A DNA stretch of 64,000 nucleotides, from assembly GCA_949282135.1 (NCBI GenBank), contig CASDOR010000027.1, positions 24,608 to 88,607 of the forward strand. Direction: 5' to 3'. The notes below the pieces were generated by a model. That model was not told the origin of the DNA and made no database searches. It saw nothing but the letters and a program-made list of their open reading frames with translations. The translations under genes were made by a program, and so were the position numbers. This DNA is from an uncultured Christensenella sp. Its GTDB lineage: Bacteria > Bacillota > Clostridia > Christensenellales > UBA1242. Within the stretch, counting starts at the first letter, position 1. Each line of letters begins with the position of its first letter. Below are positions 9,686-19,690 of this stretch, piece after piece.

Positions 9686-10867
9686 ATGAAAAAATATGTT
9701 ATTTCTTTTTTGCTTATTTTTTGTTTTGCGTTGCTTAGTTTTGGAGGAGCTGTAATTGATACATATGCCGCAAATCTTGATGAAAGTTCGTTTAGTGCAA
9801 AATCACTTTACTTGATGGATTATAATAGCGGACAAGTTTTGTATGAAAAGGATGCAGAGAAAAAACTTCCGGTTGCAAGCATTGTAAAACTTATGACAAT
9901 TGAGCTTGTTTGTGAAAAGTTAGAGAGTGGAGAACTAAAATTAGACGATACTGTAATTGTTTCTCAGAAAGCACAGAGTATGGGAGGGTCACAAGTATTT
10001 ATTGAAGAAGGTGGGGAGTATTCTGTAGGCGACTTATTAAAATCAACAATTGTAAGTTCTGCAAATGATGCAAGTGTTGCTTTAGCTGAGACAATATCTG
10101 GTAGTGAAGAAAATTTTGTTGTTTTAATGAATAAAAAAGCTAAGGAATTAGGACTAAAAAACACCAACTATGTAAACTGCACAGGACTACCTGCAAGTAA
10201 TCAATATTCATGTGCAAAAGATACAGCAATACTTCTAAAAAATGTTTTAAGTCATGATGATTATCATAGATATAGCACTATTTGGATGGACTCTTTATCT
10301 CATCCAAAAGGTAGGCAAAGCGAACTTGTTAACACCAATAAGCTTATAAGATATTATGAGGGGTGTGATGGTGGTAAAACAGGCTCTACGAGTGAGGCAG
10401 GTTACTGTTTAGTAGCAACTGCAAAAAGAGGAGATATGAGACTCATTGGTTCAGTACTTGGTGCTGAAAATGGAAAGAAAAGGTTTAGCGAAACATCAAG
10501 TTTGTTAAACTATGGTTTTAGTAACTTTGAAAACAAGCAAGTCGTAAGTAAAGATAGCCTACTAAATGATAATTTGCAGGTAAAAAATGCTAAAGTAGAT
10601 GAGGTGAAAATTGCATCAAAAGAGAATATATTTGTTTTAAGCAAGAAAGGTAGTGATGATGATATCACAACAAAAGTGGAATTAAATAGTGACCTTAAAG
10701 CACCTTTAAAGAAAGGTGATAAGGTAGGTAGAATTTTTGTAATGAGGAATAGTGAAGTTGTGGGTGAGAGCGATATAGTTAGCATGGATGATGTAGAAGC
10801 ATCAAGTATAATGGATAATATTACAAAAATAGCCGAAAATTGGAAATTAAAATCCGATAATGCATAG
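9686..10867 (+). CDS. D-alanyl-D-alanine carboxypeptidase (peptidase S11, DacB/DacF-like)
   Basis: 393 aa with a signal peptide, SxxK (ASIVKLMT), SxN (SSANDA), KTG (GKTGST) and the C-terminal PBP5-type domain. Confidence 0.9.
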   Translation: MKKYVISFLLIFCFALLSFGGAVIDTYAANLDESSFSAKSLYLMDYNSGQVLYEKDAEKKLPVASIVKLMTIELVCEKLESGELKLDDTVIVSQKAQSMGGSQVFIEEGGEYSVGDLLKSTIVSSANDASVALAETISGSEENFVVLMNKKAKELGLKNTNYVNCTGLPASNQYSCAKDTAILLKNVLSHDDYHRYSTIWMDSLSHPKGRQSELVNTNKLIRYYEGCDGGKTGSTSEAGYCLVATAKRGDMRLIGSVLGAENGKKRFSETSSLLNYGFSNFENKQVVSKDSLLNDNLQVKNAKVDEVKIASKENIFVLSKKGSDDDITTKVELNSDLKAPLKKGDKVGRIFVMRNSEVVGESDIVSMDDVEASSIMDNITKIAENWKLKSDNA

Positions 10868-10915
10868 TAAAATACCGGCAAATTGATTGATTAATTAATA
10901 AAAATATAATATAAT

Positions 10916-10946
10916 AAAGAGGTCGAATTGGACTTCTTTATTTTTT
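10916..10946 (+). terminator. Rho-independent terminator after the carboxypeptidase gene
   Basis: Stem AAAGAGGTC / GGACTTCTTT (one G-T pair) followed by ATTTTTT. Confidence 0.55.
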
Positions 10947-10981
10947 GAAGTTTTAAGTTCTCATGTAAAAGGGAAAAGTGT

Positions 10982-11653
10982 ATGCTATTTCTATTTGATT
11001 TATTATTTTACTCCAATTCAATGCCTTTTGGTGAAAAGCTTATTTGGTTTTTTACTTTCTCTTTTGCTGCCATAATTGCTCTTACTATTCATGAGTTTGC
11101 ACATGCTTTTACAGCTTATAAATTAGGAGATAAAACTGCAAAATTACAGGGAAGAATGTCTCTTAATCCGCTGGTTCATTTTGACGTGTTAGGAATATTT
11201 TGCTTTTTATTTTTTGGTTTTGGATGGGCAAAACCTGTTCCTATTAATACATATAATTTTTCACATATAAAAAGAGATACTTTTCTTGTAAGTATTGCGG
11301 GGATTGCAACTAACCTCATTATTGCATTCATATTTTGTCCATTATCTATGCTTCTTGCTGGGGTTGCAGGGAATAGTGTGTTTCTTACGATTTTATATTA
11401 TCTTTGTGATTTTACGTATCGAATTAACCTTGTATTTGCGGTCTTTAACTTGCTTCCAATTTATCCTCTCGATGGCTTTAACGCACTTGCATCACAACTA
11501 AGATATGATAATCCTTATGTGACTTTTATGCAAAGATATGGTTCGCTTATTCTCCTTTTGGTCATTATAATTTTCTCTTATACTGATATTTTTGATTACT
11601 TAGTTACCTATGTAGGATATCCTATATCATGGTTTTGGGGTTTATTTTTTTAG
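10982..11653 (+). CDS. Site-2 protease family (M50) membrane metalloprotease
   Basis: 223 aa with HEFAHAF (HExxH) in a TM helix, a second motif NLLPIYPLDGF, and GRMSLNPLVHFD. Confidence 0.85.
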   Translation: MLFLFDLLFYSNSMPFGEKLIWFFTFSFAAIIALTIHEFAHAFTAYKLGDKTAKLQGRMSLNPLVHFDVLGIFCFLFFGFGWAKPVPINTYNFSHIKRDTFLVSIAGIATNLIIAFIFCPLSMLLAGVAGNSVFLTILYYLCDFTYRINLVFAVFNLLPIYPLDGFNALASQLRYDNPYVTFMQRYGSLILLLVIIIFSYTDIFDYLVTYVGYPISWFWGLFF

Positions 11654-11668
11654 TAAGGTGGTGGTTAC

Positions 11669-12454
11669 ATGAAAGTTGAAAAAGACAAAGAATTATTAAA
11701 TCAATTAAATTATGTTGACACAGGTTATGAGTTTAAGTTAGACAATTTTGAAGGACCTATAGAACTTTTGTGGCATATGATTAAGGAAACAAAGCTTGAA
11801 ATTACCGAGGTTAAGCTTGCTGATATGACTGAGCAATACCTTGAGTATATGGCGGGGCTTGATGAAATAGACCTTGAAAAAGCAAGTGACTTTATTGATA
11901 TTGCGGCAACTCTTATAGAAATTAAATCTAAATCCTTACTTCCACGTGAGGAGGAAGTAGTTGAAGATGAGGAGGACCCAGAGGTAAGACTTTTAAGACA
12001 AATTAAAGAGTATGACATGTTTCAAGAGGTTATTGCAAAAATGAGACCTCTTGAAAATATAAATAGATTTTATAAACCTATGGACGAAAAGGTAAATGAC
12101 TATAGATATGTTTTAGGTGAAATGACTTTGTCAGGGCTCCTTGATGCTTTTGCTAAAATGATGACAAGGGTTAAACGTCAAGAGCAGGAAATTATTCCTA
12201 AAAAAATTGAAAAAGACCGGTTTACTGTCGCAGAAAAGATTGTTTCAATTAGAGAAACTCTTCATGAAAAGAAAAAAATATTCTTTTCCGAGTTTTATAA
12301 GGAAGATTTTACTAAAAGTGAAATGATAAATTTATTTCTTGCAGTGTTAGAACTTTTAAAAATGCAGGAGATTAGAGTTATACAAAAGTCGACATATGAA
12401 GATATAGAAATTGACCTTAAAGAAGAAAAAGAGGAAGAACGAGATGCAGGCTAG
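11669..12454 (+). CDS. scpA: Segregation and condensation protein A
   Basis: 261 aa. The N-terminus F.GPIELLWHMIKETKLEITEVKLADMTEQYLEYM is the ScpA signature. scpB follows. Confidence 0.9.
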   Translation: MKVEKDKELLNQLNYVDTGYEFKLDNFEGPIELLWHMIKETKLEITEVKLADMTEQYLEYMAGLDEIDLEKASDFIDIAATLIEIKSKSLLPREEEVVEDEEDPEVRLLRQIKEYDMFQEVIAKMRPLENINRFYKPMDEKVNDYRYVLGEMTLSGLLDAFAKMMTRVKRQEQEIIPKKIEKDRFTVAEKIVSIRETLHEKKKIFFSEFYKEDFTKSEMINLFLAVLELLKMQEIRVIQKSTYEDIEIDLKEEKEEERDAG

Positions 12455-13349
12455 TAAGGAAGAATTATTAAATGTAGTTGAGGGAATACTTTTTGTTTCA
12501 GGGCAAGGGGTAGAAATAAAAGATATTGCCGAGAAACTAGAGGTTGACCAAAAGAAAATTGAAAAGGTAATTGAAGAGTTAAAAGAAAAACACAAGGATG
12601 ATGGCTTCAATATAATTACTTATAAAAAAAGTGTTCAAATGTGTTCTAATCCAAAATACGCGGAAGATATTGCAACTGTCCTTAATCCAATTAGAGAAAA
12701 GCAACTTACAAAAGCAGCACTTGAAACGCTTGCAATAGTTGCATATAAACAGCCAATAACCCGTCTTGATATTGAGCAGGTTAGAGGAGTGAATAGTGAT
12801 TATGCTTTGCAAGTGTTAATTAACTTTAAGCTAGTTGAAGTAGTTGGAAGAAAAGATGCAGTTGGGAAACCTCTACTTTTTGGTACAACCGACGAATTTT
12901 TAAAAAGATTTGATTTACAAAATATTGATGACCTACCTGACTATGAAGAGTTATTAAATAGAATTAAAATTTTACATGAACCTGTGACGGATGCCTTATA
13001 TAAGAGTACGGAAATTATTCCTGAGGAGGACTTGCCAGATAGTAAGGTAAAAACGCAAAAAGTAGAAGAGAATAATTCTATGGATACCAAAGAGCAAGAT
13101 GGGGAGGCAAAGGTAATAAGCGAAGATAATGAAATAGCTAGTGATTCAAATAGTAACTTAGAGACAGCTAAAGACGTGATTGAAGAGGGGCAAGTTATAG
13201 GCGAAGAAAAAAGTGAATATGATGAGAGTGAGAACGAGGTTGAAGATTTTATAAAAGAAGAAAACAATATACTTGACAGTCTAGGTGATACGGAAAACGA
13301 CACTGATGATTTACGAGATTTCTTTGATAAAGATAGTGACCTTTTGTAA
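12444..13349 (+). CDS. scpB: Segregation and condensation protein B with long acidic C-terminal extension
   Basis: ATG at 12444 overlaps the scpA end. It has the ScpB pattern (VVEGILFVSGQGV.. ; TKAALETLAIVAYKQPITRLDIEQVRGV ; GRKDAVGKPLLFGTT). About 100 additional D/E/S-rich residues follow the core. Confidence 0.9.
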   Translation: MQASKEELLNVVEGILFVSGQGVEIKDIAEKLEVDQKKIEKVIEELKEKHKDDGFNIITYKKSVQMCSNPKYAEDIATVLNPIREKQLTKAALETLAIVAYKQPITRLDIEQVRGVNSDYALQVLINFKLVEVVGRKDAVGKPLLFGTTDEFLKRFDLQNIDDLPDYEELLNRIKILHEPVTDALYKSTEIIPEEDLPDSKVKTQKVEENNSMDTKEQDGEAKVISEDNEIASDSNSNLETAKDVIEEGQVIGEEKSEYDESENEVEDFIKEENNILDSLGDTENDTDDLRDFFDKDSDLL

Positions 13350-13373
13350 GTTAATAATGGTCTTTGTGGCTCG

Positions 13374-13387
13374 GTACTATGCAAACT
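13374..13387 (+). repeat. Copy of 14-nt motif GTACTATGCAAACT
   Basis: Identical to the three copies at 46452-46596. It lies in the gap between convergent scpB and the PBP gene. Confidence 0.8.
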
Positions 13388-13396
13388 TTTAAGCCA

Positions 13397-13415
13397 GCTT
13401 TTTAGTATAAAAAGC
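13397..13415. terminator. Bidirectional hairpin between convergent scpB and PBP genes
   Basis: GCTTTTTA-GTA-TAAAAAGC forms a perfect 8-bp stem flanked by A/T runs. Confidence 0.45.
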
Positions 13416-13424
13416 ACATGTTTT

Positions 13425-15659
13425 TTATGCCAAATAAAATTTTATTGTATTACTTTGTTTTTCTGTTTTATCAGAATTTTGAAAGGTGGCTACAACATAA
13501 TACGAATAGAAATTTCCTGGTTTTACCTTGTCATCATAAATTTTTATTTTTCCATCAAAGTCGCTAATTTTTTTAACTACTCTAACATTGTCTTCGTTTT
13601 GGCAGAAAAGAGTATAATTAAGATATTTTTGACAAGTAAATGATATTTCTATTTTATCATTTACTTTTTTTCCATCAATTTGAAAGTCTTCTATATTGTC
13701 AAACATGCTTGAACTCTCTAGTGGAATGTTGTCTATAGGGAAAAGCATTTTTACTTTGTATCTATCTGGAGTTGAGGAGTTAGCGAGTAATAGTTTATGG
13801 TGTTTTGAATATTCAAGTTCATTTATATCTTTTTCTACTATACTTTTAGGTCTTTCGAAATCCTCTCTAGTATTTTTAGTGTTAAGATAAATGCTTTGTG
13901 CTATGTTGGTTGGAGCATTTGAGCCGGTGACATTACTTGGAAGTTCTTCTAAGCTTGCGCCTATATAAACACACATTGTTTGGTCTACCGTATAAGAAAT
14001 ATTCCATAGGTCTGTATTTTTGTGGTTTTTTGTGCTTCCTACTGTACCAGTTTTACTAGCAATATGTAGATTTTTTAGATTTAATTTTTTACAAGTTCCA
14101 GATTTTACACTTTCTTTTAGCATGTCAGTGATTAGGTAGGCGGTTGAGTCTTTCATAACACTAGTCTCGAGTTTCATATTCTTATAAATAGTTTTGCCTT
14201 CGCTATTTTCAATTGATTTTATAAAACTTGCCCTAATATATTTGCCACTATTTGCAAAAGCTTGATAACAATTTGCAATATCTTTTATATGTAAGCCATT
14301 TGTTAGTCCACCAAGAGCAATAGAATAACTGGCATCATTTTTATCAAAATTTAGACCTAATTTGTTTGCAAATTTCTTTGCGTTTTCAATTCCTACATAA
14401 TCAATTATTTTTACACTTGGAACATTATAAGAATTTGCTAGTGCTGTTTTTGCGCTTATAAAGCCATGGTACTTATTTTTGTAGTTATGTGGAGTATAGT
14501 TATTAATTGTAATTTGCTCATCAAGTATTGGGGTTGAAGGGACGATTATATTATTTTCTATTGCAGGTGCATATGAGATAATGGGTTTTAAAACTGACCC
14601 CGGCTGCTTTTTTGCATTCAAAAGGTTATAATCACTTTTGCCTATAAAGGATGTTATTCCGCCACTTTTATTTTCAATTGTCAATATTAGCCCGTCACAA
14701 AGAGTGGAAGTATAATTTTCTAACTTGTTTATCTCGTTTGTGGTCACTTTTTGAAGGTCTTGGTTTAGATATGTATTTATTTTGCAACCTTTTAAAATTA
14801 AATCTTTTTCACTAATTTTAAGTTTTTCACATGCCTCATCTATTGCTGCGTTGTAATAGTCATTGTAGCCTAAAAAGTTTTTATTTAAATTTAGTGTAAG
14901 CTTAGAATTTTTAGCATTTATGTATTCTTCATTCGTTATCTTTCCGTCTTTATACATTTCACTTAACACTAAATTTCTTCTTTTTATGCAGTTGTCGGGA
15001 TTTAGAATCGGCGAATACGTTTTTGGCGACCTAATAATTCCTGCTAGAGTTGCAGATTCCACAAGACTCAGGTCTTTTGTGTTTTTAGAAAAATAACGTT
15101 GTGAAGCCTCACTTATACCAAAGGTTCCATTTCCAAAGTAGATTGCGTTAAGATACGCAGTCATTATTTCATCCTTAGTTAGATTTTTTTCTAGAGTTCT
15201 TGCAAGTACTACTTCATTAAACTTTCTTTTAAGTGTTTTTTCGCTGGTCAAATGGGTGTTTTTTATGAGTTGTTGGGTAATTGTGGAGGCACCTTCATGA
15301 AAACTAAATTTTGATAAATTTTTTAAACTTGCCTTTAAAATTCTCTTGTAATTTATACCATGATGTTTATAAAAATCTTTATCTTCAATGCTGACAAATG
15401 CATCAATTGTACTTTGTGGAATGTCTTCAAAGCTTAGGTTTTTCTTTAGCTGATTATTATGTGTAATTTCATTGTTGTTGTAATCGGTCATGCATACTTG
15501 AGAGGTTGAGAAAACAAGTTTATCTGGGTCAAATCTTACAGCTACAAAATTATCAAGAAGACCAAACTGAAAAAGGCAAAACAATAGTAGCAGTAAAAAC
15601 ATTAGGACTAAAAATATGTAAAAACATGTTTTAATTAGATTTTTAGCAAATTTCTTCAT
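13425..15659 (-). CDS. Class A penicillin-binding protein (transglycosylase/transpeptidase)
   Basis: 744 aa with an N-terminal TM anchor, GT51 motifs (EDKDFYKHHGI; GASTITQQL), and transpeptidase SxxK (GSVLKP), SxN (NSYN) and KTG (SKTGT). Confidence 0.9.
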   Translation of the reverse strand: MKKFAKNLIKTCFYIFLVLMFLLLLLFCLFQFGLLDNFVAVRFDPDKLVFSTSQVCMTDYNNNEITHNNQLKKNLSFEDIPQSTIDAFVSIEDKDFYKHHGINYKRILKASLKNLSKFSFHEGASTITQQLIKNTHLTSEKTLKRKFNEVVLARTLEKNLTKDEIMTAYLNAIYFGNGTFGISEASQRYFSKNTKDLSLVESATLAGIIRSPKTYSPILNPDNCIKRRNLVLSEMYKDGKITNEEYINAKNSKLTLNLNKNFLGYNDYYNAAIDEACEKLKISEKDLILKGCKINTYLNQDLQKVTTNEINKLENYTSTLCDGLILTIENKSGGITSFIGKSDYNLLNAKKQPGSVLKPIISYAPAIENNIIVPSTPILDEQITINNYTPHNYKNKYHGFISAKTALANSYNVPSVKIIDYVGIENAKKFANKLGLNFDKNDASYSIALGGLTNGLHIKDIANCYQAFANSGKYIRASFIKSIENSEGKTIYKNMKLETSVMKDSTAYLITDMLKESVKSGTCKKLNLKNLHIASKTGTVGSTKNHKNTDLWNISYTVDQTMCVYIGASLEELPSNVTGSNAPTNIAQSIYLNTKNTREDFERPKSIVEKDINELEYSKHHKLLLANSSTPDRYKVKMLFPIDNIPLESSSMFDNIEDFQIDGKKVNDKIEISFTCQKYLNYTLFCQNEDNVRVVKKISDFDGKIKIYDDKVKPGNFYSYYVVATFQNSDKTEKQSNTIKFYLA

Positions 15660-15750
15660 ATATATATTATTTATATATTTAAAGATTTTTATTATAGAGT
15701 AGTAAATTTTTGTTGAAATTTGTTAATCTTTTTTATATAATATTACCGCT

Positions 15751-17070
15751 ATGGAAAAGAAAAAATTTTATTATATAGAGACCTTTGGTTGTCAAATGAA
15801 CGTTCACGATTCGGAAAAAATTGCTGGGATGTTAATAGATTTAGGTTATTGTGAGACTGCTCAAAAAGAGAGGGCAGATATTATTGTTTTTAATACCTGT
15901 TGCATTAGAGAAACGGCGGAACTCAAAATTATGGCGAAGATAGGAGATTTGAAGGCTCTTAAGAAAAAAAATAAGGAACTAATAATTGTTGTTTGTGGCT
16001 GTATGACGCAACAACAGGGTATGGCGGACTTACTTAAAAAAAGGTTTCCTTTTGTAAACCTCGTTATTGGTACGCATAATTTAGACCTATTAGAGGAATA
16101 CGTAAAGAGTTATACTGGCTCAAAGTTTAAGAGTATTGTCTTAGAAAAAGAGCAAGAAATTACTGAAAATACAAAAATTTATCGCACAAATCATAAAAAC
16201 GCGTTTGTAAATATAATGTATGGTTGTAATAATTTTTGTACATATTGTATTGTGCCTTATGTTAGAGGTAGGGAAAGAAGTAGAAAAGTCGAAGATATCG
16301 TAAGAGAAGTAGAAGAACTTGCAAAAGAAAACAAGTATTCTCAAATAACGCTTCTAGGGCAAAACGTAAATTCTTACGGACTTGACTTTAAGGACAATAA
16401 GACAAACTTTGTCTATTTACTTGATAAACTTTGTAAGATTAAGGGGGATTTTAAAATTAGTTTTATGTCCTCCCATCCAAAAGATTTTTCAAATGAGCTT
16501 ATTGATTTTATCGCAAGTCATGAAAAAATGAGTCGTGCTATACATCTTCCTGTTCAAAGTGGTTCTGACGAAGTTTTAAAGAGAATGAATAGAAGATATA
16601 CATCTAGTCATTATAAGAGCCTAGTTGATGAGATTTACAAAAAAATTAAGGGAGTGTCACTTACAACAGACATCATAGTTGGCTTTCCAGGTGAAAGTGA
16701 AAAAGATTTTAATGACACATGTGACCTGCTACGTTATTGTAAATTTTCAAGCATATTTGGTTTTGTTTATTCTAAGAGAAATGGAACGCCTGCAGCGACT
16801 TTTAGTGACCAAGTGCCATATAAGGTAAAAAAAGAGAGAATTACAAAGCTTTTTGACCTTCAGCATGAAATTCAAAGAATTGAGCTTTCTTCTCTTATTG
16901 GTAAAACTCTAGAGTGCACCATTGAAAGAGATGAAAAAGGAAGGTTTATTGCTAAAACTTTTAACAATAAGTCTATAAAACTAAATGGTGAAAATTACAC
17001 CATAGGAGATAAAAAATCTGTTTTAGTTAAAGAGATTAATAAAAATGAATTAATAGGAGAAATAGCATAA
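15751..17070 (+). CDS. miaB: tRNA-2-methylthio-N6-dimethylallyladenosine synthase
   Basis: 439 aa with the UPF0004 N-domain (ETFGCQMN), a radical-SAM CxxxCxxC (CNNFCTYCIVP) and a TRAM domain. Confidence 0.9.
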   Translation: MEKKKFYYIETFGCQMNVHDSEKIAGMLIDLGYCETAQKERADIIVFNTCCIRETAELKIMAKIGDLKALKKKNKELIIVVCGCMTQQQGMADLLKKRFPFVNLVIGTHNLDLLEEYVKSYTGSKFKSIVLEKEQEITENTKIYRTNHKNAFVNIMYGCNNFCTYCIVPYVRGRERSRKVEDIVREVEELAKENKYSQITLLGQNVNSYGLDFKDNKTNFVYLLDKLCKIKGDFKISFMSSHPKDFSNELIDFIASHEKMSRAIHLPVQSGSDEVLKRMNRRYTSSHYKSLVDEIYKKIKGVSLTTDIIVGFPGESEKDFNDTCDLLRYCKFSSIFGFVYSKRNGTPAATFSDQVPYKVKKERITKLFDLQHEIQRIELSSLIGKTLECTIERDEKGRFIAKTFNNKSIKLNGENYTIGDKKSVLVKEINKNELIGEIA

Positions 17071-17075
17071 CACAA

Positions 17076-19676
17076 ATGAAAGAGAAGAAAAAAGAATATT
17101 CACCAATGATGCAAAGATACTTTAATACTAAAGAGCAATACAAAGATTGTTTGCTTTTTTATCGTTTAGGTGATTTTTATGAGCTTTTCTTTGAGGATGC
17201 AATAATCGCTTCAAAGGTTCTTGATATTGCTTTAACCTCTCGTGCTTGTGGGCTTGAAGAAAAAGCACCTATGTGCGGTGTTCCATATCATGCAGTAGAT
17301 AGTTATATTGCAAAGATCCTTGAAAAAGGGTATAAGGTTGCAATATGTGACCAGCTTTCTACCCCAGTTAAAGGTCAAATTGTTGATAGAGACGTAACTC
17401 GTATAATTACGCCTGGCACAATTATCGAAAGTGATATTTTAAATGAAAATACGACTAATTATATTTTAAGTATTTGCGGCAGTGCAAAAACAAATATTGG
17501 ATGTGCTTTTTGTGACGTGTCTACAGGCGAGTTTAGAGTTTGCGAATTTAGTCACAATACAAAAGAGCAATTAATTGAGTTTTTATCACGTATTAAACCT
17601 GCTGAAATAATCTGCAGAGAAGACTCATATGATTTGTCATTTGATAAAGATATAAAGGCTCTAGAGTTTTTACCAAGATTTTCTAAACAAATAGATTTTG
17701 ATTTTGACTTTGATAATGCAAAAGAACTTATAAAAAAGCAATTTAAAATATCATCTTTGCAGGGGCATGATTTTGCAAAATTAAAGTACGCAATTTCGTC
17801 TGTTGGTGCACTTATAAATTATCTAAATATTACTCAAAAAAGAAGTTTAAATCACATTAATAAGATAATTACAGAAAACAATGATGACTTTATGCATCTT
17901 GATTATAATGCCTGTAAGAATTTGGAGCTTACCGAAAATGTTAGAGATAAGAAGAAAAAAGGTTCGCTTCTTGGTCACCTTAATAAAACGAAGACTGCTA
18001 TGGGATCTAGACTCCTTGAGAAATGGATTTTGCAACCATTACAGCACTCTAATCTTATAAATGAAAGACTTGATTGTGTTGAGGAGCTTTATTATAATTC
18101 AATGCTTTTAAATGATATAACGGAAGTCTTATCTAGCATCAATGATATTGCAAGGGTTTGCTCAAAGATTTCCTATGGGACAATAATGCCTCGTGACTGT
18201 GTGTCGCTAAAGAATTCGCTTGCATCGGTAATAGATTTAGCAGGGCTTGTAAAAGATTTGAAAAGTAAAAAGTTTTTATCTCTTTTTTCTCAAGTTGAAA
18301 GTATAAAAAATATAGAAGAACTGCTAAAAAATGTTTTTGTTGATGACCCTCCAGCTATAACCTCTGGTGGCGGATTTATTAGGTTAGATTTTAATAAAGA
18401 GCTAAAAGAACTTCGAGATATGTCACATAATGCAAAGCAGTGGCTTGCAAATTTAGAAACAAAAGAAAGAGAACAGACAGGGATCAAAAATTTAAAAATA
18501 GGTTACAGTAGAGTTTTTGGTTATTTTATAGAAGTAAACAAATCACAAGAGAGTCTTGTCCCATACAATTATCAAAGGAGACAGACAATTTCAAATCATG
18601 AAAGATTTGTTACTGACGAGCTAAAAGAAATAGAAAATAAGTTACTTAATTCGGAAGAACTTGCAAATAAACTAGAAAATAAAATTTATGATGAAATAAA
18701 GGAAAAACTTAAAGGCATAGTTTCAATAATTCAAGATACGGCAAACGATGTTGCTTATCTTGACGTCGTTTGTGCTCTTAGTCGTGTCGCTCAAGACTAT
18801 AACTATGTAAGACCAAAGTTAAGTGATAAGGCAAAATATATTAAAATACTTGACGGAAGGCATCCAATAATTGAAGCCAATCCAAAAGTGGAGTTGTTTG
18901 TTCCAAACGATGCATATTTAAATGAGTCAGATGATAGGACTCTTATTATTACTGGTCCAAATATGGCTGGAAAAAGCACATATATGAGGCAAATTGCGCT
19001 AATAGTCATTATGGCACACATAGGTTCTTTTGTACCAGCAAGTGAGGCTGAAATTTGTATTGTAGATAGAATTTTTACACGTATTGGCGCTAGTGATGAC
19101 TTAAATAATGGTCAAAGTACCTTTATGGTAGAAATGGTTGAAGTGGCAAATATCTTAAATAACGCAACAAGTAAAAGCCTTGTCCTTCTTGATGAGGTTG
19201 GGCGAGGAACAGCAACATATGATGGTATGAGTATTGCTTGGGCGGTTCTTGAATACATTTCTCAAAGAATTAGGTGTAAAACATTATTTTCTACGCATTA
19301 TCATGAAATAACAACTCTTGAAGGTAAACTTGATGGTGTGAAAAATTATCGAATTACAGTAAAAGAATTTAATAATTCTATAATTTTTTTAAGAAAAATT
19401 CAAAGAGGTAGTGCAAATAGAAGTTTTGGTATTGAGGTTGCAAGTTTATCTGGAATTTACGATGAAATAATTAAACGAGCAAAAGATATTTTAAATCAAC
19501 TAGAAAAAAACTCTGTTAAGTTTGAGATAAAAGAAAGTGGACAGGACTTACAAACTTTAAGTCAGGAAAGAAAGGACAATATAATAAATCAGTTGAAAAA
19601 TATTGACGTAAATAAGCTTAGTCCAATGGAGGCATTTGAAATTATTGTAGAGCTTAATAAAGAGGTTAATAATTAA
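17076..19676 (+). CDS. mutS: DNA mismatch repair protein MutS
   Basis: 866 aa with N-terminal TPMMQRY..GDFYELF, Walker A GPNMAGKST, and STFMVEM..DEVGRGT. Confidence 0.97.
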   Translation: MKEKKKEYSPMMQRYFNTKEQYKDCLLFYRLGDFYELFFEDAIIASKVLDIALTSRACGLEEKAPMCGVPYHAVDSYIAKILEKGYKVAICDQLSTPVKGQIVDRDVTRIITPGTIIESDILNENTTNYILSICGSAKTNIGCAFCDVSTGEFRVCEFSHNTKEQLIEFLSRIKPAEIICREDSYDLSFDKDIKALEFLPRFSKQIDFDFDFDNAKELIKKQFKISSLQGHDFAKLKYAISSVGALINYLNITQKRSLNHINKIITENNDDFMHLDYNACKNLELTENVRDKKKKGSLLGHLNKTKTAMGSRLLEKWILQPLQHSNLINERLDCVEELYYNSMLLNDITEVLSSINDIARVCSKISYGTIMPRDCVSLKNSLASVIDLAGLVKDLKSKKFLSLFSQVESIKNIEELLKNVFVDDPPAITSGGGFIRLDFNKELKELRDMSHNAKQWLANLETKEREQTGIKNLKIGYSRVFGYFIEVNKSQESLVPYNYQRRQTISNHERFVTDELKEIENKLLNSEELANKLENKIYDEIKEKLKGIVSIIQDTANDVAYLDVVCALSRVAQDYNYVRPKLSDKAKYIKILDGRHPIIEANPKVELFVPNDAYLNESDDRTLIITGPNMAGKSTYMRQIALIVIMAHIGSFVPASEAEICIVDRIFTRIGASDDLNNGQSTFMVEMVEVANILNNATSKSLVLLDEVGRGTATYDGMSIAWAVLEYISQRIRCKTLFSTHYHEITTLEGKLDGVKNYRITVKEFNNSIIFLRKIQRGSANRSFGIEVASLSGIYDEIIKRAKDILNQLEKNSVKFEIKESGQDLQTLSQERKDNIINQLKNIDVNKLSPMEAFEIIVELNKEVNN

Positions 19677-19690
19677 GGAGGCAAAGAAGA

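Noticed and set aside
11295-11501. Alternative-frame same-strand ORFs inside genes (11295-11501, 39856-40050, 41509-41694, 45259-45447, 57033-57263)
   Set aside because: They are embedded in genes whose annotated frame carries the family motifs. They have no independent SD and no recognisable product.
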